Source: Okamejei kenojei (taxonomy: Eukaryota). From it: 64,000 nucleotides of DNA. Under the pieces are notes generated by a model, which saw nothing but the letters and a program-made list of their open reading frames with translations, did no database searches and was not told where the DNA came from. The position numbers were made by a program, and so were the translations under genes. The DNA lies in contig CM069164.1 in assembly GCA_035221665.1 (NCBI GenBank), positions 12,896,001-12,960,000 on the forward strand. The letters are read 5' to 3'. Positions 27,801-41,345 of this stretch are shown piece by piece (position 1 is the first letter of the stretch; every line of letters begins with the position of its first letter).

Positions 27801-28990
27801 AATCAAGTGTGTCTGTGTGGCTTAATTTCAGATAGCTGGCAGGGACGGGGATGAAATATGTGTCTGAGCAATAATGCAATGTGATTCAGAGGCAATGGCT
27901 CAATGACTTCAGCCAAACCATCTGACAATCTGAAAAGGCAGCCAAACTGCAGTTCTCTCCTTCAGCTTCCATAGGAATAGAATCAGCTGTAAAGGGAGGA
28001 CAGTTCTAAAGGCCGGATCGGACAATTTAATAGTGCCAATTTAATAGTGCCAAGAGCCTACAGATAGTTACCTGGGCAGATTATCCAAGTCCTGCTGCTT
28101 ACTGCGGTTCATTGGAGGGGCCTATGTTTGGGGGTGGCAAAAAGTTAGAATAAATGACCATTAAAAAAGAAAAAGCCAAACTAAAATCTTCAGGGTTTAA
28201 CTATAAACCACGGTAACTTGGAGCTATCACAATACTAGAACAATAGCCGTAAGAAAGCAGGAAACCTGATTGAGGCCCATACTTCCCCCAAGTAAACAAT
28301 TCACAACCAATTCAGAGAGTGCACGGCACGACAGTGGAAGTACTCAAGCCTTTATTTTTTCCACATCCCTTACCTTGATCAATCCAGCTCGCCTGGGAGA
28401 CGCTCTTCAAGTCTATCATAAAGCAGCTATAAAAGGCTGGAACTGGAAGCCGAACAGAACTATCGTCAGACTGTCCGGCAATTGGCACTGTAGAAGAAAT
28501 CACAGGTTGCTAAGCCCCTGTCAGGCTTCCTCTCCCCAACATAGATCCATCAAGCTATTTGCAAAGAGAGGCTGTGGAGTGGGGGTTTGAAGAAAAAATG
28601 ATTTTTTTTTTTTAATTTTAAAGAGGGCAAACAGTTTCCATTCTCTTTTGTTTCAGGTTTGCTTCACTGAAAATGGCCCTGGCATTCAGCCAGTAACGCT
28701 GCAGTCTCCCCACCACTGCAGGGTTCAAAGAACGGAAAGAAGGGTGGGGGGGGGGGGGGGGGGGGGGTCACTCTCCACACAAGATGTATCAAAGTAAACA
28801 AAGTCACAGTGAGAAAGTTAATAGACTACAGCATGCTGCTAGATGCAACAGCAGCCAATTAACAGGCCACTTTCTATCGGTATCAACACAAATGGTTACA
28901 TTTGAGTTGCCTCTAGCTGAAGACTCTCTTTTCATGCCTTCCAGAGAAGGGGAATTACAGAGAGTGAACACTTTGTGATCCTCAAGATTT

Positions 28991-29313
28991 AAAACGGTCC
29001 CACGGTACGAGTTCATTCCAAGAGTTCTCCCGAGATTTGCCCTGATTCGAACTCGGAGATTTACGGTAATGGCCACTCGTCGGTACTCGGGGCTCTCGTG
29101 GACATTTTTCATCACGTTGAAAAATCTTCATGAGTCTTCCCGATCTTACCTGCCATCAGCAAGTCTGCCTGAGTACCTGCTGTTAGCGCTAAGAGACATC
29201 CCCGAACTCCGACATACCCGCTACGTTCATTCTCCGTGCTTACCACGAATTTGATTTTTTTTTTTAAACTCGGGAGAGCTCTTGGAATGAACTCGCACTG
29301 TGGGACAGGGCTA
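28991..29313. mobile_element. Harbinger-type MITE
   Basis: About 35-bp imperfect IR GTCCCACGGTACGAGTTCATTCCAAGAGTTCTCCCGAG / CTCGGGAGAGCTCTTGGAATGAACTCGCACTGTGGGAC; left terminus degraded. Confidence 0.72.
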
Positions 29314-29904
29314 TTACAGTGTCACGATGTCAAGAGTTGTTAAGGCACAGAGGGCCTTTCAGACTATTGTGAGAATGAAAGCAGGAGCAGAAGATGGCCT
29401 TTTGATTCCTTGCAAAATATTTGCACTCATACAAACTGTCATGATGCCACTCAACACTGTTACAGCTGACAAGGGCATTAATTGAGTAGTCACTGTCGCA
29501 GTGTAGCAAACGAACAGCAAGATCCCACAAAACAGCAAACACTTACATATGCTTTCCTTATTGCTACACATACTCAGCAATTACCACTACACGGCAATTT
29601 CTCAAATCAGGCAGTTCGCGTTTCTTCCTCTTCCTTGCAACATTCACATGGATTCCCGATTCAGTATTGCCAGTGGCTGGGTATCCGTGGATCTGAATAC
29701 AACCCCCACTCCTTACCCTCACCCCCAATCATTCAAGCAAATCAAAATTTGCAGATGCAAGAAATCTGAAATAATAAATAATAACAGAAAGTTCTGTGGA
29801 TACTCAGGTCAAACTACACCACTGGAAAGAGAAACAAAGCGGCATTGATGCGAAACACTAATTTCTATCTCTCTACAGAAATGCTGTCTAATTTACTGAA
29901 CATT

Positions 29905-30350
29905 TCATAAGTCATAGGAGCAGATTTAGGCCATTCAGCCCATCGAGTCTGTACGTCATTCGATGATGGCTTATGACTCCATGACTTGGGCCTCCACAGC
30001 CAGTCTGTGGAATTCTCTGCCTCAGAGGGCGGTGGAGGCAGGTTCTCCGGATGCTTTCAAGAGAGAGCTAGATAGGGCTCTTAAAAATAGCGGAGTCAGG
30101 GGATATAGGGAGAAGGCAGGAACGGGATACTGATTGGGGATGATCAGCATTGAATGGCGGTGCTGGCTCGAAGGGCCGAATGGCCTACTCCTGCACCTAT
30201 TGTCTATTATCTGTGGTAATGAATTCCATATGTTTATCACCCTCTCGCTAAACAAATTCCTCCTCAAATCCATTCTAAAAAGTATGTCCTTTTATTCTGA
30301 GAATGTGCCCTCCTGTCTTAGACTCTGCCACTACTGAAAATATCCTCTCC
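29905..30350. mobile_element. Minus-strand CR1 remnant with a younger plus-strand CR1 3' end (about 30002-30209) nested inside
   Basis: Inner piece GTGGAATTCTCTGCCTCAGAGGGCGGTGGAGGC...GAAGGGCCGAATGGCCTACTCCTGCACCTA; TCTGTGG at both junctions. Confidence 0.72.
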
Positions 30351-31055
30351 CCATCTAGTATTTGGTGCATACAGTCTGCTTCTATAAAGGTTTGATTGAT
30401 ACTGGAAACTGCTCTGTGAGCACAATGGGGTACAGCACAGTTGAATGAAGGTAAAAACATAACTTGTACAATGCAGCAAACCTAGGAATAAAAGTCTCCC
30501 TCATTACCAGTGTGAGATCTCACTCACCCAGGTGTGACCTGACAAGAATAACCAAACACAGCAGCCAATTAAAGGAACATTTTGACATTTTAAGGCTCTT
30601 TAGTCCCACGGAGGAGAGATGATGGTAAAAACACACATATTCTTTTTGGCCTGAAGTATGGTGTTGATAGATGGATATAGTTCTTTGAGGCGGGAATGCG
30701 GAAATGTACTGTCTTATTGTCCATGGAAATGTGCGGAAGATATGTACATACAAAAATGCGCATTATACATTACTATTGGATAGAGAACCAAGATGAGCAA
30801 CTCATTCAAGACAATGGTACAATTAGTTACCCCTTTAATTTCATCTTACACTTTAGCCATATAATAATGAAGTCTGAAGAATGGTCCCATTCACCGGTAA
30901 ATATTCTCCATAGATTTGCCTGACCTGCTGAGTTTAGCATTTTGTGCTCATCTTTAATAATGAAATTTGACAAGTAATTACATTGCTCCAAGTGAGTATT
31001 TCCCACAGAGATAACTCATTGGATTACGATCCTCAGAATGGAGATCACTTTTGGA

Positions 31056-32075
31056 TCTATCTATATACATAAGTAAAACTCTCATCTTGTTATCCTCCAG
31101 TTTACGTTGTTTTTACATTTGCACAAAAACGGTACGCAATAGCGCTATGGTTTTTGCCACCTTACTCACAGTTGTCCTGTGCTGCAAATGCACCACGTTT
31201 TGCTCTGATAGGTGGTATATTTTAAAAGTTATTAAGGTTTAAAAATCTTTAAAACTGCACATGTGCAGATTGGTCCCTCTCCTGTCAGTCACCGCCGGGA
31301 CAGCGACGCCCCTTCCTGCACCATCAGCGCACTGATTGGGCGCCTCCGCTATCCGTCACCGTCCGCACCCGCCCCTGCCTCCGATCAAGGCAACCTCAAG
31401 ATCCTGGGGAGGTGAGGAGGGAGAGTGGGGGAATTGACGGAGAGGAGGGGGTAGGGAGGGAGAGGAGGGAAGGTGGGGGAGGCGAGGAGGGAGACTGGGG
31501 GATTGAGGGAGAGGGAGGGGGTAAGGGAGGGGAAAAGTGGGGGAGATGAGGAGGGAGAGTGGGGAGGAGATAGAGGGAGAGGAAGGGGGTGAGGAGGTGA
31601 GAGGAGTTACGGTAGGGAGTAACAGGTAGGGGAAAGGAGAGGGGAGACCGAATATTCATTATATCATAAGAAGGTGGAGGTGAAGAAAGGAGAGTGGGGG
31701 GTAGGAGGAGGAATAGAGAGGAGAGTGGGGATGTAGCGAGTGGGGAAATAGAGGAGAGGAATGGGCAGTGGGGAGGTGAGGAGGGATAGTGGGGCGGATA
31801 GGAGTGGTGAGGAGGGTGGGGATTGATGGATAGGAGGGGAGTAGGGAGGGGAGAGGAGTTATGGGGAGGGAAGGAGTGAATGGGGGTAGGGGGAAAGGAC
31901 AGGGAGGGAAATGGGGCGGAGGAGAGGGGAAAGGAGAGGGAGGATGAAGAGGAAGGTGGTGAGGGAAAATGAACCGCGTCAGTGCAGTTGGGGGCTATGG
32001 GTGAATGGTGGAATATTGCATTGGGGGAACCGGCCTCCCGTGTGACAGGGGCCCAATGGGTCCCACTTAGTCTAG
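31056..32075 (+). mobile_element. Non-autonomous Helitron
   Basis: A|TCTATCTATATAC at the 5' end and CTAG|T at the 3' end; hairpin GGGGCCC-AAT-GGGTCCC (32048-32064) 7 nt before CTAG; no TSD; G/A-rich interior. Confidence 0.82.
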
Positions 32076-33573
32076 TAAAAGTTTAAAACTCTACCCGACT
32101 AATCAAACCAAAAACGCTTTGCAATAAAGAATCCCGTCACAGCATGTAACATGTGCCCACACTAACCCAACATTGGAGGAGGAGCCCGTATTTGTGCAGG
32201 GAAATAGGCTAAAATGTGATCAATGCACTGAAGCTTAGTCAATCAGAAGAGCTTTTTGGTCAGCCAAAATTATCAACCATTAGTTTAACTCAACGATTTC
32301 TATTTTCATGCCCAGCCTAGTACCCTAGCTGTACTTTAGGGGCATAACTTCAAGAAAATTGTTTAGGGACTGAGATAGTGAGAGACAGCAGAGATCATTT
32401 AACCCAGTCTGATAGTCATTCGATATGCAATCTTCAGGCAAAGGAAGATGTTGGGCATTGGTCCTTGGAATTTCAATGCGTGCCAGATTGAATGCTATGT
32501 GGTCACTAATCAGGTGAAATCAGAAAACCTTTCGACACGATTTCCCCAAAACTGCAGGAATTGTCCTTTTAATCCCAATTTAGCATGCATTAAGTACAAA
32601 ATCAACAAGCACCAACCAAATTATGTGGAGGAAATAGCAAAGAGAAAGCAAAAATCCAACTGTAACCTTTATGTGGACTCTCCACGCCATTAGATATTGA
32701 GTCACTATGGGTTTTCAGATACTTCAATCAATACTGGCAAGTGATTGGACATTTAAATATTATTATTAAATATTATTAGCAGCATCTTATTCTGATGCCC
32801 TCTCAGATGGTTGTAAAAGAATGGAACATTACCCTGCGGGAGTCAATTTGAGGCGGTGGAGCAAAGGCATAGTTAAGAAGAGGGATGAGCATGCAACCTG
32901 TGGCATGCTTGACCTTGGAGTGTGCACATCTTACGCACATAGAGTCTGAAACAGGACTGCCCCATACATCCATACATGGATATCCTTTAACATGAAATGA
33001 CAACACAAATGGTTGTGTGATTTTTTTTTTTTTTTAAAACAGCTTCTATGCTATGATATTACACTGGGTGTTTCTGGGAAAGCAACTCCATTGAAGGGCT
33101 GTAAGCAGCTGTGTTTAATTGTGCCTGGGGTGCTTAGTTTTAAGATTTACTGCTTAAAAAAAACGCTCCATTGCAATGTATAATTGTGCTGGGCGAGTTG
33201 CCTGCAGACAGGGAGGAGACCACAATATTAATTCTGAGCAGCTGACATTGACTTCTCCCTCGCACTCCCTTTCCTGCTCCCTCATTAACATAATGCATGG
33301 AAAAACATTCCAAGAAGCAGAGCAAACAAAACGTTATTGGGAAGATGAGCCCATTCATCTCACTGAAGCATTACTAACCAATGAGCCTCCTAGACTATCT
33401 CATATTTAGCATTTTGGTTTTGGAGTCTTCAAAAACATGAAATATTTTTCTTGAAACACTCAGGCAAATTATTTTAAACTTTTTTCAAATAAAGAGTTCT
33501 TTCTGGCAATTGCCTTGAATTTTGTCCTTATTAAATTATCTGTTCAATCCTACCTTCCTGAATCAAATCACAG

Positions 33574-33884
33574 AGGCGCAGGTGGTAGAGCTCCCGCCTC
33601 ATGGAGCCAGAGACCCATATGCGACGTTGAATGCTGTCCGTGTGGAGTTTGCATATCCTCCCTGTGATCGCGTGGGTTTTCTCCATGTGCGCTGGTTTCA
33701 CCCACATCCCAAAGATGTATGGATGTTTAGTTTAACTGGTCTATATAAATTACCCTTAGTTTGTCTGGAGTGGGAAAGTGGGATAACAGTGAACAAGTGT
33801 CCACAGATGATCAATGGTCGGCTTGCTCAGTGGCCTGAAGGACCCGTTTCCGGGCTGAATCTCTAAATTAAACTAAAACTAAAC
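33574..33884 (+). mobile_element. tRNA-derived SINE (HE1/V-SINE-like), diverged
   Basis: Collinear with the 41026 copy; (CTAAA)n tail. Confidence 0.82.
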
Positions 33885-34239
33885 AACCGTTGAAACTTTT
33901 TTGAGTTTACTCTTGCTATCAGGTAGGTTTGTAACTGGCCAAAGGAAACACCTTGCACAGCAAAAAGTGGTATCTGAAATGCTACCAATGCAGTTCATCC
34001 TATTAGGTATAAAACCCTTTTTACGCGAGTTTCACCATTTCAATAAAAACGCACATTTATAATCAAATCTAGAAAAATGTCCCAGAACACCTCAGAGCAT
34101 TGGAAAAAAACTCCAACACCATTACCATGGAAACCTTCTCAGGCAACTGGGAGCTTAGCAATGGAGTTGATAGAGTGAAAAAGAAGGAAGGACATGGAGA
34201 GTGACTGGGTACCAGACTGCACTTTCTTAGAAAGTAATC

Positions 34240-34670
34240 TGGAAGGACTGCAGAGAAGATTTACAAGGATGTTGCCAGAGATTGGGCATTTTAGGACTTT
34301 ATTCCTGGAAGCATAGAAGACTGAGGAGTAATCGTATACAAAATCATGAGGGGAATAGATAAGGTGAATGCACAGAATATTTTTTCACGGGTGAAGGAAT
34401 CAAGGAGAGGACAGGTTTAAGGTGAGGGGGCAAAAATTTAATAGGAACTCGAGAGGCCTGTTTTTCCATAGAGGGTGATGGTTATATGGAATGAGCTGCC
34501 GGAAGGGGTAGTTGAAACAGGCATTTTAAAATAGATTTGAACACTTCCATGACTAGGAAAGGTTTAGAGGGATACAGGCCAAATGCAGGCAAATAGGACT
34601 AGCTAAGATGGGGCACCTTGGATGGATGGATGTTAGACCAAAGGGCAGGTTTCTACAACGTATGACTCCA
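34240..34670 (+). mobile_element. CR1-clade LINE 3' end, degraded
   Basis: TGCAGAGAAGATTTACAAGGATGTTGCC ... ATGGAATGAGCTGCCGGA, homologous to the 14890 copy. Confidence 0.8.
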
Positions 34671-36936
34671 ATCCACCTCCTGAGAAAGAAGGTCAGTTCT
34701 TCAAGAGTTTACTTGGTCTATTGAGCCTGTGATAGTGCATTCCAAGTGCAGTCTATACTTGTGCATCATGTCTTGATGTTCACAAGCTCATTAAATGACC
34801 GGGACAAGATTAAAAAATGAACCTGCGTTGCTACTGCTTTACTAAACACCACAATTAAGTACTAGCACCATCTAGTAGCTTCAACAACCCAGATAGCCAC
34901 ACATGGCCAATAAATGATTTGTATCCTGGGAAGGTGTAAATGGAACTCTCATTATATGTGACCTTGTTTCTTAGAAATGGGGAGGAACATGGAAGGCCAC
35001 AAAAACGCTCAATAACCAAGTTCTGTGTGTTCACTAAGTAGCTGTGTCAGTAATATTGCCTTTCCCGTTCACCATGCCACTCCACCAACTCCTGTGTCTT
35101 TTTTCCTGTCACTCCACGGGACGGTCCGCCCCTTCCTGCGCCATCGCATCTTTACTGGAGCTGAAGGAGGCTCTGGTTGGCCAGCGGACGTCTCCAATTT
35201 TCGGAGGGAGATCGGGTCAGAGACCCGACCCGAAGCAGCCCAGTGTCGGAGACCCAGCCCAGCGTCGGGAATGTCGCCGATATCACAAAACGGAAAGCGG
35301 AGACCCTGATCCTGGCGGAGTAGAACGACCAATGCTCACTGTGAGCCCCCATCGCAACGTCAGCTCCAGCCCCTTCCCCTCTGGACCCCCTCGCTGGCTC
35401 TTGCCCCCCTCCCCCATGATACCACCCTGTTCCCCCACAACCCCCGTCTTTTCTACGAACTCTCTCCTCCCACACAATCCCCCGGCCAACCCACCCCCCC
35501 CACGCCTCCTTCCCTCCCCCACACACCGCCCCTCCCCCACATGTGCTGCCGGAACATTCAGGCTCCACTCTGCAAAACAGCCAGAACATTGTAAAAATGT
35601 TCTTAATTTTGTCATTTGGCATGTGTGTGGAGCCAAGACCAACAATACGCAATACCAATCAGAGGAGTGCCAAAATCACATGCATTTGTGTATCCGATTT
35701 TGAATGCCTGTAGACTATAGGGAAAATGCAAAATCAAGAGACACACATAGTGCTTTGCAGTTGAGATCTTGGCAGAGAAAAAAGTTACTCGAGATCTGTC
35801 CCCAGCTTCAGACTCCGTCATCTTCTAATTAAATTTCTCTACTACACTGAAGCCAAACCTCTGGATACTCCCAACACTGTCCCTATTGCTTCTAAAATGT
35901 TCAAATCCCTTAGCACGAGTCAGCAGTAATGTGGATAGGACTCCACATTTACATGTCTATCACAGCACAATGTTTCATTATATCTCTTCCCCTAGTGTTC
36001 AAGAATAAGAAATTGCCCTTTTATTTAAAGCAAAGATTAATTTTACTTGATTCTAACCTAGTTCGTGATAAAGGTAGCTGCAACTGAGACAAAGAGCATA
36101 GAGGGCATGAAGTTTGACTGCCATGGTTGGCGTTCAGAGAACCAGTATCAAATTTACTACCCACAATTACCAGAATAGTAGTAGATGTCAACCATTACCC
36201 TACTTTCAATGCCTATCAATTGAATAGGATTTATGCGGGCAATAATGATTTACCAGGGTTCCAAGGACCGATTATTAAAGCTGGAATCTTTGAGATGCAA
36301 AAGATTGGTGGATCATATTCAGATTCAATTTACTGTTATATACAGCAGGGTGCAATGAAACTCCTTCATAGAGTACACAGTATACATAATGATAGACACA
36401 CATACAAACACCAGAATGGTGCAAAGTGTATAGTTTATTCATAGATACGAAAAAAATGGATTTCACGGAAAGTGAAAAAGTGGTAATACTGCACCGACAT
36501 CTGATTGCATCCACATGGAAACTAACTCTTCAATGTATACATGAACGTTTACCACTGGTATTAGGGAGGGGCGGTTCCCTACAGCGGAAGTATTTTATTG
36601 GAGGCTGTTAAGGAATTCATTAACTAAGAAAAAGCTTGCAAACTCTCAAAAGATGAAAAAAAAGAGATCTAATCTTTGTAGAAATGGTTTTCATGAATGA
36701 ATTCAATAACCATTACCCTTACTGGCTCCAGTTTACTGGTGTGCCTCATAGAGGTTACTATGATGAATTTGCTCAAGTAGTTAGCGTAAATCACAGTGCA
36801 AACTCAAACTTCTCCTTTGAAGCACGCCATGGGCAAAGAGTCAAAAGGCCTCTGCTGATAACATCGCATAATAACTCACGCCTCCTAGATCCCAGTGTGC
36901 ACAGAGCTCACAGTCCTGATGTTATCTATTGAGAAC

Positions 36937-36949
36937 GAGAGACAGAGAG

Positions 36950-36991
<42 letters not shown>

Positions 36992-37085
36992 CACACACAC
37001 ACACACACAGTTAGACAGAGAACCAAAGAGCAAGACAGAGAGAGGCAGTGTGAGAGACACACACACACAGAAAGAGACAGAGAGA
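36937..37085. repeat. Compound (GA)n/(CA)n microsatellite
   Basis: Read directly from the sequence. Confidence 0.95.
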
Positions 37086-40000
37086 ATAAAAAAGATGATG
37101 GATGGTTGGGAAAAATGCCAGAGATGAGGAATTGGAACAAAGAGAATGGGCAAGATAAAGGAGGCGGCTGCAATTCAAAGGGATAGAGAGGGATGCATCA
37201 GGAAGGTATAAGCTAACATTAATTGACGTTTCTGTGGAACACAACACAATCAGAAAGACCTAAAATAGACAAGGTAAACAAGTTTCTTTGCACTTGCTCT
37301 GTGGGGACATTCGTACTCTATTTCAGGTTTCCAGCATCTGCAGTTTTTTACTGACACTGTTCCTTGTGTTATTTCTATAACTGACCATATTCATAGCTTC
37401 CTTTTAAATTTGAAAAAACATGTTTGAAAGTAGAAATACTTATCTAAAAAGTGTAATAAATATGCATTTAAACCAGCATTTGCATTTATCTATGAGGTTT
37501 TCCCAAGCGAATAGCCTTCTGGCCTGATGCATCTCTGATCAAATTCCAAATGTCAAGAGTCAGTCAGCCACTCCTGAAAAGGGTTTAGGACGTGCCAGCT
37601 TTGCTGCCCTCCTTTTCATCCTCCCTGATGCTTAGCTGCACTCATTAGTGGAAGAGTGACTCAGAAAGGGAACGAGATGATTTCTTGTTGGAGTTACTGC
37701 CTAGGCAGTATTCCCTCACGTCCTCTGGGAAAATCCCAAGTTGCTGGTGCAGGTGCTGAGCTCAGAGTTACACCTTCCAAGTGCTCAGTTACTGAGCAAG
37801 AAGCAAGGAGATAGTCAAGGCTCCAGCTGGTGCAAACTATTTAATGAATCCTGGAGAAAATGCAGGTGCACTATGAGCAGGATAAGACCATTATTAATAA
37901 TACGCTTCTTTCTCAGCAGTCCCTTGGGATCAATCACTCTGGTTTTGTGGGTTCAGAGATGAACAATAAGACAAATGTTGAAAGTGCAGATTCTTCCAGA
38001 TGAAGGGCTGGAATAGTCTACAGCTGAATAGTCTACGAGGTGGTGACCTCCTTCCTCTTGTACTCCTAATGTGTGGCCTGCAGGTTCCAATACTCTACCG
38101 ACCACTGGCCAGAGATTCCCTAGAGTCAACAAGTATATCCTTGAATTATTTTCTACATATCTGGTCATCTCTTCTGAAGACATGACTGGGAAAAGTGTAT
38201 TTGTTTCAAGAATCTGGTGCTGCACAAAAAAACAACATGGCATGTCTAATGTGGCCAGCTGAGTATGATTGGGATGTTAGCCTGGGAGAAGATACTGAAG
38301 TTGTTTACTTGATCTTCCAGTGAATTGGGAGGATTTTGCAGAACTTGTGTTGGTGGCATTTTTCCAATACCTGTAGATAACTCAAGTCTCAGAAGTAAGA
38401 AGGAATATAAACTCTTCTGCATGGTGGGGTAACAGAGGCGAACACCTTTAATAAACGAAGGGGCACAGATACAAAAAATAAAAGATACTAGTTTAATGCT
38501 AGCCGTTTTTTAAATATGGGGGTGGAGTTTAAAGTTGTTTTTATGTAACATTCTGGAAGTACTTCAATGTACAATTCTGGCTGTTGAACTTCAGAAAAGT
38601 AGAAACTTTTGAAAAGAGAACAGTTCAGATTTATCCAAATATTACCAAATTCTCAAGGGTTAAATATAAGGCAATATATTGACAATTTAAGTTAGAGAAC
38701 AGTTTATTGAAGTTATTTTTAAGACTTTGATTTGAGTTGCAGGACATAGATGTTTTGGTCTTGTGCTGATGAGTTACTCTTCCATCCCAATATTGGGAAA
38801 GGCAAGATCCTCTAAACAACCAGGAAGAGCATCAATGTAATTTCAATGGGTGAGGGGGTAGGAAATGTGGAATTTGAAAGCTTGGCTGGTCTCCTACAAA
38901 CCAGTGAAATATATTAATGGAAATGTATATATTTCAGAGCATTATGAAAGAGTACTTGGAAGCAACAAAACATTGGATGTCCAGCGTTGCAGGAATTTAG
39001 CAATTGGACAGTGCAGAAGCCACCCAACAAAAGACTCAATTCTTCTAAAGACATGACATCAGCTCACCACTCTTCCCCAGCCTTGCCCACAACTCAAAGG
39101 AGTGAAAAATCAGTGGAATTCAAATTCAACAATTAAAATTCCATTTAAAAAGATTGCATGCCATTTCAGTTCCATGAAAATAACACTATTCATCTGAGGA
39201 CTTGGGTGGCATTGTTAGGGGGTGGGGATAGTTGGTGACATGAGAGTAGACAAATCGGTGAAAGCAAAGAACAGACAGAAAAAATATATACACAAGAGGG
39301 AGAGAGGGTGCCATACACAGGAGAGTGATAAAAGTACAGACAGAAACAAAAAAAAGTGTCAAATATGCAGTGGAGAGAAAGAGGGAAAGGAAAATAGAGA
39401 GAACACAAAAAGAGAGTGAAAGAAAACTGTTGCACACAAAGAGTTAAAATGAGCCCCTGGCTTAATGCACAGAATAGGTCAGTTTGAAAACTCAAGACTC
39501 CTATCCTGTGCACCGGGTCTGTCTGCTGGGAGAGCATCAATCACCCAGCCTTGCTGTTAGTAGTTTCAGTATCCGAACTTGCACGGTTGGGAGACAAGTA
39601 TCCGATTTCATGGAGACTGCACTCCATTTTAATCGGTATATTGTTTTTGTTAAACATTTCCATTACAGAAAACCTCCCAAATTTTTTGTTTTAAGATCAT
39701 AGCAGATAACAAGTCACATACTATTTCTCGGTCTGTGAAATGTAATAAATTCTACATGGCTTGGGTAGACTAGTAACAGAAAACAAAACAAAGTCTTGAC
39801 TCGAGTTCAAAGGACGAAAATGTAAGAAAAAGTTAAGTGCTGTTCAGCTGCAATATAATTGCAAATAGAAAAGGATTCTAATTATGGCCGGCTCCAAAAG
39901 GATTTTGTCCTTCTTTGCACCTCTCCCTCTGCAAAGGTTTATAACTAAACTTGGCTAAAAGATCAAGGAAAGAAATGGGCAAACAGATATTTTATTAGCA

Positions 40001-41025
40001 TTTGTTGAATTGGCTGACTCCTGCCCCAATACCAAAGCTCACTGGCAGGGACCTTTGCTAATTTATTTCAAAGCAAGCGGTTACATCTGTATGTGGTTAA
40101 TGAAACAGAAAAATGCTCTCTGGGTTGGGAACTTTACGTCTGATCAGTTTTCTCACCAAACTTTACACCCAAGGGCGTCAACATACATCTGCTGCATGGC
40201 CCTTATTTCCATTTGAGAAGCTAGGTAGGAAGTGTATAGGTAGGTGCTTTGCCACAGTGGGTCTGCAACTTTGTGGGGGTTACCAGGCTATCATTTCCTC
40301 CAATTCATATTTTATATTCCATCTTTATGATAATATAGTGAACAATTATTGGACCGATATAGTGAATCTGTTAATATGTGCAAGGATAATTAGGACAACT
40401 GGGGTGGAAGATTGCAACCTTCAGGTGGTCCACCCTGTTTCGACTAATGCAATCAACTCGACGTGCACATACGGAAGATTAAATGGAACAAGTTGTCCAA
40501 CAACTTTAGGCCGTGCATGCCACACAAAAGAAGAAGATTAGGACAACTGACAAAAAGTCTGGACAAGGTTTTTGGTTTACAGGGTGAAAGTAATGCAGAG
40601 AAGTTTAGTGAGGGAATTCCAGAACTGGGGCCCAGGTAACTGAAGACAAGACCACCAATAATAATGTGCTTAAAATTGAGCAGATCAGGGTTGGATGAGG
40701 TTAACAGAAAGAAAGGGCACGAGGCCAAAGCAGGATTTGGAAACATTAAGTGAAAATAGTAAAAGTAATCAAGGGCTTCTGGATACAAAACCTAAGGAAA
40801 TGAGAAAAGACAGGGGAACAAGTGAATGGGAATAAGAGTCCTATAAGGAACCCCGCCTCGAAGAGTGCTGAGCTATAAGAGGCGCCGGCAATGTCATCAC
40901 ACTGCAACTGAAAGGGGAAAAAAGGCTTTGGATGGGGCCTTTCCCTCTAATCTCATGGATTTAGAAGACAAACTGAACCATCTCAGGACTGCTGTGGCAT
41001 TGTATTGGAGTCTACTGGAACACAA

Positions 41026-41345
41026 GGGTGGCAAGTTGGCACAGTGGTAGAGTTGCTGCCTTACAACGCCAGAGACCCGAGTTCGATCCCGACCAGGGGT
41101 GCTGTCTGTATGGAGTTTGTACGTTCTCCCCATGACAGCGTGGGGTTTCTACGAGATCTTAGGTTTCCGCCCACACTCCAGAGAGGTACAGGTGTGTAGG
41201 TTAATTGGCTTTGGTTTGTATACTTGGCATAAGTGTAATTTGTGCCTAGTGTGGTACACTTGTGTTAATGTGCGGGGATTGCTGGTCGGTTCGGACTCGG
41301 TGGGCCGAAGGGCCTGTTTCCGCGCTGAATCTCTAAAGTAAAAAA
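41026..41345 (+). mobile_element. tRNA-derived SINE (HE1/V-SINE-like)
   Basis: A box TGGCACAGTGG, B box GAGTTCGATCCC, central GGAGTTTGTACGTTCTCCCC domain, LINE-like tail GGGCCGAAGGGCCTGTTTCC. Confidence 0.9.

Noticed and set aside
28023-28053. CAATTTAATAGTGC tandem duplication, with a similar one at about 38005-38037
   Set aside because: Ordinary two-copy slippage duplications with no spacers, so not CRISPR-like.
35044-35703. 219-aa ORF and overlapping antisense ORFs
   Set aside because: GC-rich sequence open in several frames, with no domain and no convincing splice signals.
36922-37247. RE-rich and LS-rich ORFs
   Set aside because: They are translations of the GA/CA microsatellite.
41026-41100. 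tRNA gene
   Set aside because: The A/B boxes are the head of a multi-copy SINE and I see no complete cloverleaf.
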